A stretch of 17,643 nucleotides of DNA from an uncultured bacterium. Lineage in GTDB: Bacteria > SAR324 > NAC60-12. Shown piece by piece: positions 8,297-15,954 of this stretch. The notes beneath the pieces are model-generated. The model was not told where the DNA came from. It saw only the letters and a list, made by a program, of their open reading frames with translations, and ran no database searches. The position numbers and the translations under genes are program-made. The stretch is from the NCBI GenBank assembly GCA_965662235.1, contig CBFIGY010000047.1:1-17643 (forward strand), written 5' to 3'. Position 1 is the stretch's first letter. Each line of letters starts with the position of its first letter.

Positions 8297-8752
8297 TCAG
8301 ATGAGCAGTAGGCCCCGTCCCAGCGAGATCCCGAGCAGGACCTCAAAGAGGACAAGGCAGAGTCCGGAAAGCGTCACGGCACACACCACCGCCTGCTTCC
8401 AGGTGGCTCCAAACAGCCGGGAGACCAGGATCATCAGGCTGATCATCATGATCAGGAAGCCGAAGTACGGAAGCGCTTCCGCATAGACCAAGATCGCCCC
8501 GCACAGAGGCAGCCGCTTGCGCCACGCGTTCCAGGACTCGGATTCGGGCACAAAGGCGGTGGGCTGCAGAACGAGCCAAAGGCTGAGAACGGCCAGCACA
8601 CCAGCCACCCCATAGATCCAGTGCTGCGGCCCCACGGAACCGTTGTAGAACCCCACCTGCACCTGGCTGCCGCCCCAACCATAGAGGGCGGCAAAGATCA
8701 GGAGGATGAGGGCATACAGACGGTCATAGGCGCCAGTGCCCTGGAGGTTCAT
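8297..8752 (-). CDS. tctB: Tripartite tricarboxylate transporter small permease TctB
   Basis: 151-aa hydrophobic protein with VGP in the first loop and C-terminal LFEVLLGISL. Lies between tctC and tctA with an ATGA overlap on the tctC stop. Confidence 0.88.
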   Translation of the reverse strand: MNLQGTGAYDRLYALILLIFAALYGWGGSQVQVGFYNGSVGPQHWIYGVAGVLAVLSLWLVLQPTAFVPESESWNAWRKRLPLCGAILVYAEALPYFGFLIMMISLMILVSRLFGATWKQAVVCAVTLSGLCLVLFEVLLGISLGRGLLLI

Positions 8753-9741
8753 TGGATGAAGCCAAGGTCTTTGGAGATCTGCGCGACCTTGCTGATCTGA
8801 GAGCCAACGAAGCCCTCAAAGTCACTGCCGAAGGAGGCGAAGGGCGCCAGGCCGTTCTTGGCGGCGAGGTCCTTCCACTGGGAAGACCCCGAGACCTGCC
8901 GAACCATGTCCACCCACTCGTTGTAGCGAGCGTTGGAGATGTTCTTCGGCACATAGAATCCCCGCCAGTTGGCGCCAATGACGTCGTAGCCCTGCTCGCG
9001 GGCGGTCTTGACGTCCGGAACCGCAGGAATCCGCTCGGGGGAAAGGATGGCGAGCACGCGGACGTTGCCCTGCTTCTGGTACTCAATCACTTCGGAGATG
9101 TCTCCGGTGAAGGCATCGGCACGACCGCTGATGACCTCGAGCATGGCGGTGCCGCCGTTGTCAAAGGAAATGTAGTTGATGGCCTTGAGGTCGGTGACGC
9201 CTGCGGAGTCTGCGAGGATCAGGACCTTCAGGTGGTCCCAGCCACCGGCGGCACTTCCGCCAACAATGGCCGTCCGACGGGGATTGGTCCGCATTGCCTC
9301 CACGAGGTCCCCAATGGTCTGGAATTCAGAGTCGGCTTTGACGACAATCGCACCATAGTCAGCCCCCAGGGCACCCACCCAGCGGACGTCATCGGCCTTG
9401 AAGCCGGCGAAGACGTTTTGTCCCAGCCGAGCAGCCGTGGCCATGCTGGCGGCAACGATGAGGTTTTCATCGTCTCCTCGCTTGGTCACCACGTGGGCAT
9501 AGGCCTTTCCGCCACCCGCGCCAGACATGTTGGTCACGGTCATGGTGCCGTCAATGAGTCCCAAGTCTCCCATCACCTTTGCTGCAGGCACCCGGCAGGT
9601 AAAGTCCCAGCCGCCGCCGGCGCCGGCAGGAGCAATGCACTCCGGGTTGCTGGGCTTGGCGAGGGCCAGGGTGGCGACGGAAGCGGTCGCGACCAGAGCC
9701 ACCGCGAACTTGCTCCAGATGCTTGAAGGTCGTTGTTTCAT
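8749..9741 (-). CDS. tctC: Tripartite tricarboxylate transporter periplasmic binding protein TctC (Bug family)
   Basis: Signal peptide; ECIAPAGAGGGWDFTCR (TctC-type GGGxD motif with paired Cys), TNMSGAGG, VPDVKTAREQGYD and NWRGFY. GAGGAAAG RBS. Confidence 0.93.
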   Translation of the reverse strand: MKQRPSSIWSKFAVALVATASVATLALAKPSNPECIAPAGAGGGWDFTCRVPAAKVMGDLGLIDGTMTVTNMSGAGGGKAYAHVVTKRGDDENLIVAASMATAARLGQNVFAGFKADDVRWVGALGADYGAIVVKADSEFQTIGDLVEAMRTNPRRTAIVGGSAAGGWDHLKVLILADSAGVTDLKAINYISFDNGGTAMLEVISGRADAFTGDISEVIEYQKQGNVRVLAILSPERIPAVPDVKTAREQGYDVIGANWRGFYVPKNISNARYNEWVDMVRQVSGSSQWKDLAAKNGLAPFASFGSDFEGFVGSQISKVAQISKDLGFIQ

Positions 9742-9999
9742 GTTTCTTTCCTCTTGGTCAGTTTTGAAGAAGTCCAGAGCACACTGAGTCAGCCCGCCCG
9801 GTTCCGCTCTGTCAGCACGGAAACAGAACCGGAACGCCTTGCTGAACCAGTCCTCTCTGAATGAAGCAGATCAAGCCTCGACCATCCCTTCTTCTTGGTC
9901 AAGCAAAAAGTTTCAGGATTTTCTGAGGGTTACGAACGGGCCTTTTCTCAGAGAAAGGCAGGGCCCAAAAGGGTTCCGGATCACCGGGAAGGTCGACCT

Positions 10000-10893
10000 T
10001 CAGGCGGCTGGTTGCCACCAGTCACTTCCGGCATGACGCCCCGCCCTTTGCCGAGACGGATCATGAAGGGCTGTTTCCGGGAGCGGTTCAATGTCGAGCA
10101 GGTACCGGTGCGCCGGGGACAGGCGCTCGTAGAGGGCCTCTGTCAGGTGCTCCCGCTGCACCAACTGCTGCGGTAGGTCACGCCGCGTGTAGGTCAGGTG
10201 CAGAACCCGACGCCGGGCTCCGCTGGTGTTCAAGGTGCCGCCGTGCCACAGCGAGGAGTTGATGACGATCAGGCTGCCCTTGGGACAGCTGACGTGCACC
10301 TCGCCGGGGTAAGGCGCCGCTAGGTCTTCCGGAACCCGAGCCTGCTCCTCAGGTGTGAGCGGGGTGGGCTCCCAGTCGTGGATGTTGACGTGGGCGACGT
10401 TGAGGGGCTGCCAGTGATGGGAGCCGGGGATTACCCGTGGGGGGCCGTTGTCAGGGGTGATGTCGTCAAAGGCAACAATGGCATTGCAGACCCACCAGTC
10501 GTCGGCAAACTTCTTGGGAACGTCGGTGTGCAGGTTCTGGTGCCCTCCGTTGGGCAAGGGTTCCCGCAGGTTGGCGCCATGGACCTTGAACTCGCCGAGC
10601 AGCTCATGACAGGCCTGCAGCAGGGCCGGAAGCTCCAAGCAGGGGTCAAAGGCGGCAGACTTGTTGAAGATGTTGGAGATCCGGGCGGCATTGGGTTCAA
10701 TGTGCACCTCGTGGCCTCCCTGGTCTCCCTCTAGGGCATGAAGCCGGTCGAACTCTGCTGCCATGACTGCGCAGGCGTCTGCCGAGAGCGCGTCTTCCAC
10801 CACAAAGAAGCCCTTCTCCTCAAGGGAAAGGCGATACGGTTCCGGGAGCGCCTCGTGAATGCCGAGGGCCCGGAGGGCGTGCTTGCTGTACAT
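10000..10893 (-). CDS. Phytanoyl-CoA dioxygenase (PhyH) family Fe(II)/2-oxoglutarate-dependent dioxygenase
   Basis: AAGGAGG RBS then ATG10893. Motifs EEKGFFVVEDAL, HxD (LHTD), DNGPPRVIPGSH, distal His in WHGG and NTSGARRR (2OG-binding Arg). Confidence 0.9.
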   Translation of the reverse strand: MYSKHALRALGIHEALPEPYRLSLEEKGFFVVEDALSADACAVMAAEFDRLHALEGDQGGHEVHIEPNAARISNIFNKSAAFDPCLELPALLQACHELLGEFKVHGANLREPLPNGGHQNLHTDVPKKFADDWWVCNAIVAFDDITPDNGPPRVIPGSHHWQPLNVAHVNIHDWEPTPLTPEEQARVPEDLAAPYPGEVHVSCPKGSLIVINSSLWHGGTLNTSGARRRVLHLTYTRRDLPQQLVQREHLTEALYERLSPAHRYLLDIEPLPETALHDPSRQRAGRHAGSDWWQPAA

Positions 10894-11077
10894 GAACAAC
10901 CTCCTTGAGTCAGAACAGGCCGAGCAGCCTCCGGAAGCACCACCTTCCCAAGGGCCCGGTCCAATCACCTGCTGCCGGCAGGTGCCCCCTGCCGGACAGC
11001 TGGATCCGGAGCGTACGCGCACCTGCGCAGGACTGCAAGTCAGACTCGTCCGGACCCGCCTCTTGAACGCTTCGGGT

Positions 11078-11106
11078 TTGAGTTTGAAAAAGAGAGGGGG
11101 TACATT
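11078..11106 (+). promoter_or_regulatory. Candidate sigma70 promoter for the PAS histidine kinase
   Basis: TTGAGT (11078-11083), 17-nt spacer, TACATT (11101-11106). Confidence 0.4.
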
Positions 11107-11166
11107 CGCACTTCAGAATTGCAGGTTCCTGAGTTCTCCTCTTATTCCTCCAGCCTCCACGCGCTC

Positions 11167-14100
11167 ATGCTTTCCGAGTCCCTGAAGAAAAGGGCCGACT
11201 CTTCTCCTTCCCACAAAGAGGCCTCCACCACGTTTCTCACGAGCGATCTGCTCCTGAAGGGGCTGGACGCGTCTCCGGTACCAATTGTGGTGGCGGAGCC
11301 GGCAGACGGCCTTGTGGTGTATGCGAACCCTGCAGTGGCGCAGCGGCTGCGGATTCCTGTGGCAGAGCTGCAGGGCCAGTACACCCTCCACGCGCCGGAA
11401 GCCTCGCTCGAAACCCCCTCCGGAACCCCGGACACCGAGGGAACGTTGTCGTCCTCTCTGCTGCGCTTGCAAGACCCGCACGGACGTGTCCTGGAGCTTT
11501 GCGGAACCGCTCAGCAGGCGGAGCTGGGAGGACGCTGCTGGCTGGTGGGCTCGCTGGATGAAGAGGCGGTGGCACCAGAGCCTCCACGCCCCCACGCGTC
11601 TCAACGGGAAACTGCACTTCTCTCCATTGCTGGCGACAGCGCCCGGCTCGGCTGCTGGTCCTGGAATCCCCGTCAACAGGATGGGTGGAATGATGAAGCC
11701 TTCAATCAGCTGTTTGAGATTGATTCAAGCCAACCCAGTCCGGAGCGCTTCCTGAAACGCGTTCACCCAAAGGATCGTGAGCGAGTGAGGCTGCTGATGC
11801 GTGAAGCGCTCACCGAAGGAGCCCAGCAGTTTGAGTTTGAACTGGAGCTGCCCAGCGGCACCCGCAGAGTGATTCGGGAAACCGCCCGGTACGTGGAGGT
11901 GGAAGGGGAGTGGCTGCTGCTGGGAGCCAGTCAGGACATCACGGCTGACGTCGTTAAGCAGGAGCAGCTTGAACGGGAGCTGGAGCTCCGGGCACTGGCG
12001 AATTCAAACTCAGGCATCTGCTCGTGGTCCTGGAACCCGGAAACAGGTGCCGTGTGGTGGGATGACTTTCACTTTGACCTCTACGAGATTCCGCGAGGAA
12101 CTCCGGTGACGCCGGAGCTCTTTCTCAGCCGCGTGGCTCCAGAGGACCAAGAGGCGATTCGGCAGTCGGAGGCTGCGTTCCTGACTTCAGACATCCGGGA
12201 ACACACGATTGAGTATGAGCTGGTGCTGCCGAGCGGGACCCGTCGGGTGGTTCGGGATCAGTCCCGCTACCTGAAAATCGGCAGCGAGTGGCTCGTCTTG
12301 GGGACCAGCCAGGACATCACGCAGGAGGTGCAGAACCGCGAAAGCCTGGAGCGGGAGATTCAGCTCCGGAACCTGGCCAACGAGAACGCCCGGACTTGCT
12401 CATGGTGGTGGAACCCCCGGACGGATGAGGTGTGGTGGGATCCGTATCACTTTGACCTCTACGAGATTCCCCGTGAGGCATCAGTGGATCAGTACCTGTT
12501 CATGAGCCGCATTTATCCTGAAGATCACGCCCGCCTAGAAGCCGCCAAGCGGGAACCGATTCAACACGGACGCTCCACCATTGAGTATGAGCTGAACCTG
12601 CCCAGTGGCACCCGAAGGGTCGTCCGCAGCCACGCGGGTTACTTCCAGGTTGGCGGCGAGTGGCTGGTGCTGGGTTCCACACAGGATGTCACCGAAGACC
12701 ACCTCATTCAGGAGATGCATCAGGAACAACTGGAGTGGATGCGCATGGCCTCTGAGCTGGCCCAGGTGGGATTTTGGTATGAAACCGAGCCCGGACAGGA
12801 ACACTGGGATGTCAACATGCGGCGCCTGTTTCAGGTGGGAGCCGACGAGCCAACAGGCTTTGAAACCTACAAATCGCGGCTTCATCCAGACTTTCCTCAG
12901 CAGCTGCAGCGCATTGAGCACAACGACCAGCAGGCCCGGGCGGGACACGCTCACAATGACATCTTTGAGCTGCGGCTTCCCGATGGAACCGAACGCCTGG
13001 TCCGGGACTCGGTGGGCTTCTATGAACGCCACGGCGTCCGGCGCCTGATTGGGGTGGTGCAGGACATTACGGAGCAGGAGCAGGTCAAGCGCTCCCTGCA
13101 GCGTGAGAAGGAGCTCCGGAACCTGGCCAGCGAGGGCATTCACCTTTGCTACTGGAGCTGGAAGCTGGGCACCGATGAAGCGTGGTGGGATGATCTGCAC
13201 TATGAGCTGTTTGAAGTGGAGCCCGGCACCGAGGTCACCCCTGCGATTTTCCTGGCCCGTGTCCATCCGGAGGACCGGGACCGGGTGTCACGAGAGATGC
13301 GGCTGGCCATTCAAGAGGGCGTGCACACGTTGGAGTATCGGGTGGATCTGCCCAGCGGCACCCAGCGGGTCTTCCGGGACTTCTCTCGGTTGGTGCAGTT
13401 TGGAGAAAGTTGGCTGGTGCTGGGAACCACCCTAGACGTGACCGCCGAGGTGCGGCTCCGCGATAAGATGGAGGAGCAACTGGCGCTGATCAATGCTGCT
13501 GCAGAAGTCGGGCAGCTGGGCTTTTGGTCGGAAGACCTGCAGGCCGGTTCTGGAAACTGGTGGAGCGACGGGTACCAGAAGATGATGCAGTTGGGCAAGG
13601 AGGAGGTTCCTTGCTTTGACGCCTTCCTCCGGCGCCTGCACCCTGAGGACCAGGCCTTTCAGGAACCTGTCGCGTGGGAGGTGGACCAGAAGGCACGCAA
13701 GGGAGGGAGCCACACGCGCCTCTATCGACTGCAGTTGCCCGATCAGTCGGAACGCTGGATCCGGGGGTATGTGAGTCACCTCGACTTCAAAGGGCGCCAG
13801 AGGCTTATTGGCGCGGTGCAGGATGTCACCGACCAGGAACGTCAGCGGCAGGATCTGTGGGAAGAACTGCAGCTGCACCGGATTGCCAATGAGGCGGCTC
13901 AGGTGGGGTACTTCAAACGAGACCCGGCCACCAACCAAACCTGGATGGACGAAGTGCAGCGGGATATCTTTGAGGTGCGGGGACCGGCGTGGTTTGACTC
14001 CGATGCTGTCCTCAGTCGGCTGACTCCGGAGTCAGCTGAGAAGGTGCTGCAGAGCCGAGAGGATTCCCTCCGGTCCGGGATGGCAGAAGTGGAGCTGGAG

Positions 14101-14961
14101 GTGGTCTCTTCAACAGGAAACCACCGTTTCATCCGCTCGTACCAGCGTTTCTATCCGGGGCAGGGGCGCCCCTTGATTCTGGGGGTCAGCCAGGACATCA
14201 CCCAGCAGCTGCAGAATCAGGAGATCATGCGGCGTACGGAGCGGCTCTCAGCGATTGGCCAGCTGGCGGCAGAGATCACCCACGACATGCGGCAGCCCCT
14301 CACGGTGCTGGAGATCCGGTTGGGAATGCTGGAGCGGTCGCTTTCCAACAAGCGCTTTGGTGACCAAAAGGAGCACCTAGAAAGCGCGCAGGAAGCGGTG
14401 CGGCATGCTGCGGCCATCATTGACCGTTCCCTCTCCTTGGTCCGTCCGCAGGTCACGCCTCAGGCGGTACGGATGTCCAAGGTGGTGCAGCAGACCCTGC
14501 AGCTGTCGCACAGCCTTTTGGGCGGAAACAACCTAGAGCCTGTGTTTACCAATCCGTGGGAGGCACTCCCGGGTCAGGAGCCTTCGGTTTATGCAAAGGA
14601 CATTGAGCTGACGCTGGTGGTTCAGAACCTGGTGGTGAATGCCAAGGAGGCGGTGGAAGCCCGCCGGGCGCAGGAACCGGGTCCGAATGCTCTGGAGACC
14701 CTGCACCTTGTGCTGGAGTCCGGCGAGCCCGGGTGGGTACGCCTCCGGGTGGAGGACCCGGGGGTGGGCATTGCCGAGGAGCAGCTGGCCCGACTCTTTG
14801 AACCCCTGTTTTCCACCAAGCTGGGGCAACATGGAACCGGCCTAGGGTTGTCCATGAGTCAGCGGATCATTGAAGAACACGGGGGGCGGATCTGGGCGGA
14901 AAACCGGACCGACCGCTCAGGGGCTTGCTTCTTTCTGGAGCTGCCCACTCTGCCAGAGTAA
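11167..14961 (+). CDS. Cytoplasmic sensor histidine kinase with eight PAS/PAC domains plus HisKA and HATPase_c
   Basis: One N-terminal PAS (PVPIVVAE...YANPAV) and seven PAS_3-like repeats ending in D(I/V)T. H-box ERLSAIGQLAAEITHDMRQPL, N-box NLVVNAKEA, G1 EDPGVGI, F-box LFEPLFSTK and G2 GTGLGL. No transmembrane segment. The start is uncertain (ATG11167 or TTG11119). Confidence 0.93.
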   Translation: MLSESLKKRADSSPSHKEASTTFLTSDLLLKGLDASPVPIVVAEPADGLVVYANPAVAQRLRIPVAELQGQYTLHAPEASLETPSGTPDTEGTLSSSLLRLQDPHGRVLELCGTAQQAELGGRCWLVGSLDEEAVAPEPPRPHASQRETALLSIAGDSARLGCWSWNPRQQDGWNDEAFNQLFEIDSSQPSPERFLKRVHPKDRERVRLLMREALTEGAQQFEFELELPSGTRRVIRETARYVEVEGEWLLLGASQDITADVVKQEQLERELELRALANSNSGICSWSWNPETGAVWWDDFHFDLYEIPRGTPVTPELFLSRVAPEDQEAIRQSEAAFLTSDIREHTIEYELVLPSGTRRVVRDQSRYLKIGSEWLVLGTSQDITQEVQNRESLEREIQLRNLANENARTCSWWWNPRTDEVWWDPYHFDLYEIPREASVDQYLFMSRIYPEDHARLEAAKREPIQHGRSTIEYELNLPSGTRRVVRSHAGYFQVGGEWLVLGSTQDVTEDHLIQEMHQEQLEWMRMASELAQVGFWYETEPGQEHWDVNMRRLFQVGADEPTGFETYKSRLHPDFPQQLQRIEHNDQQARAGHAHNDIFELRLPDGTERLVRDSVGFYERHGVRRLIGVVQDITEQEQVKRSLQREKELRNLASEGIHLCYWSWKLGTDEAWWDDLHYELFEVEPGTEVTPAIFLARVHPEDRDRVSREMRLAIQEGVHTLEYRVDLPSGTQRVFRDFSRLVQFGESWLVLGTTLDVTAEVRLRDKMEEQLALINAAAEVGQLGFWSEDLQAGSGNWWSDGYQKMMQLGKEEVPCFDAFLRRLHPEDQAFQEPVAWEVDQKARKGGSHTRLYRLQLPDQSERWIRGYVSHLDFKGRQRLIGAVQDVTDQERQRQDLWEELQLHRIANEAAQVGYFKRDPATNQTWMDEVQRDIFEVRGPAWFDSDAVLSRLTPESAEKVLQSREDSLRSGMAEVELEVVSSTGNHRFIRSYQRFYPGQGRPLILGVSQDITQQLQNQEIMRRTERLSAIGQLAAEITHDMRQPLTVLEIRLGMLERSLSNKRFGDQKEHLESAQEAVRHAAAIIDRSLSLVRPQVTPQAVRMSKVVQQTLQLSHSLLGGNNLEPVFTNPWEALPGQEPSVYAKDIELTLVVQNLVVNAKEAVEARRAQEPGPNALETLHLVLESGEPGWVRLRVEDPGVGIAEEQLARLFEPLFSTKLGQHGTGLGLSMSQRIIEEHGGRIWAENRTDRSGACFFLELPTLPE
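11608..14202 (+). repeat. Intragenic tandem array of seven PAS units of about 124-129 aa
   Basis: D(I/V)T motifs end at 11943, 12321, 12693, 13071, 13443, 13830 and 14202 (spacings 378/372/378/372/387/372 nt). Exact DNA repeats: a 24-mer at 12069-12092 and 12447-12470, a 15-mer at 12208 and 12580, and a 16-mer at 11848 and 13348. Confidence 0.85.
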
Positions 14962-14996
14962 CGCTTCATCAAATTGATTCAACGGGGAGGAAAACC

Positions 14997-15932
14997 ATGT
15001 CCGAGCAGTACGAAGCGTTGGTGGCGCAGTACCACCAAGGAATTCCCATCATTCTGGACAGCGGCGTCTCGACGGAGCTGGAGCGGCGTGGCGCAAAAAT
15101 GCGTCAGGGGCAGTGGTCGGGCTGTGCCTCCATTGACTCCTATGACACCTTGGTGGAAACGCACCTGGCCTACATTGAGGCAGGGGCCGATGTCATTACG
15201 GTGAACAGCTACGCGAGTTCCCGGCTGATGCTGGAGCCGGCCGGGTTGGGAGCGCAGGTTCAGCACATCAATGAACAGAACCTGGCGGCGGCGTTTGAGG
15301 CCAAGGCGCGGGCGCAGGCATCGGTGGCTGTCGCCGGATCGCTTTCGCACGTCATCCCGTTTGTTGATGGCGCGGAAGGGGCGTTCCAGCAACCTCCGAT
15401 CCCCGATCATCAGCTGACGTCCTGTTATCAGGAGATGATCGATTTGTTTGAGGCGGGTGGCGTGGACCTGCTGCTGCTGGAAATGATGTCCCTTCCTGCT
15501 CGGATGATCCCGCTATTTGAGTGTGCGCAGTCGTCAAAACTGCCCGTTTGGTGTGGGCTGGCGGCAAAAAGAGCGACTCCTGACGGAGCATTGACGTCGT
15601 GGCACGACCCTTCGGTTTCCTTTGAGGATCTGGTGAAGATGGCCGCGTCCTACGGCTTTGAAGGACTGGGCATCATGCACACTTCCGTGGATGCGATTGC
15701 TGCGGCCCTGAGCCTCATCAAAGCGCATCACAACGGAATCTTGGTGGCCTATCCCGACAGCGGATTTTTTGTGGCGCCGAACTGGCAATTTGAGGCCATC
15801 ATTGCCCCGGAACCACTGCTCCGCCTGGCCGAGCACTGGCAGGCCCAGGGCTGTTCCGTCTTCGGCGGCTGCTGTGGCCTGGGGCCGGAACACACTGAAA
15901 AATTGAGTGAGCTGAAGCAGCCGCGTTCTTAG
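14997..15932 (+). CDS. Homocysteine S-methyltransferase family protein (BHMT/MmuM/MetH N-terminal fold)
   Basis: GGGGAGG RBS then ATG14997. Motifs IILDSGVSTEL, HLAYIEAGADVITVNSY, VAGSL, GVDLLLLEM, AYPDSG and the Zn-binding GGCCG. Confidence 0.9.
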   Translation: MSEQYEALVAQYHQGIPIILDSGVSTELERRGAKMRQGQWSGCASIDSYDTLVETHLAYIEAGADVITVNSYASSRLMLEPAGLGAQVQHINEQNLAAAFEAKARAQASVAVAGSLSHVIPFVDGAEGAFQQPPIPDHQLTSCYQEMIDLFEAGGVDLLLLEMMSLPARMIPLFECAQSSKLPVWCGLAAKRATPDGALTSWHDPSVSFEDLVKMAASYGFEGLGIMHTSVDAIAAALSLIKAHHNGILVAYPDSGFFVAPNWQFEAIIAPEPLLRLAEHWQAQGCSVFGGCCGLGPEHTEKLSELKQPRS

Positions 15933-15954
15933 GAGGAAGGTTCTCTTTTTCGCC

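Noticed and set aside
8752..9726. Long antisense ORFs (this one, also 3184-4299, 1769-2686, 5719-6387 and 12535-13266)
   Set aside because: They lie opposite well-supported genes, have no recognisable motifs, and are expected shadows in GC-rich coding DNA.
10000..10893. Ectoine hydroxylase ectD
   Set aside because: Lacks the EctD signature FxWHSDFETWHxEDG (has QNLHTDVPKK), and no ectABC genes are present.
12069..12470. 24-bp direct repeat as a CRISPR repeat or attachment site
   Set aside because: Only two copies, in frame within paralogous PAS domains 378 nt apart; explained by domain duplication.
11167..14961. TctE sensor for tctCBA, or a LOV photoreceptor kinase
   Set aside because: No TM or periplasmic sensor region as in TctE, no TctD nearby, and no GxNCRFLQ motif.
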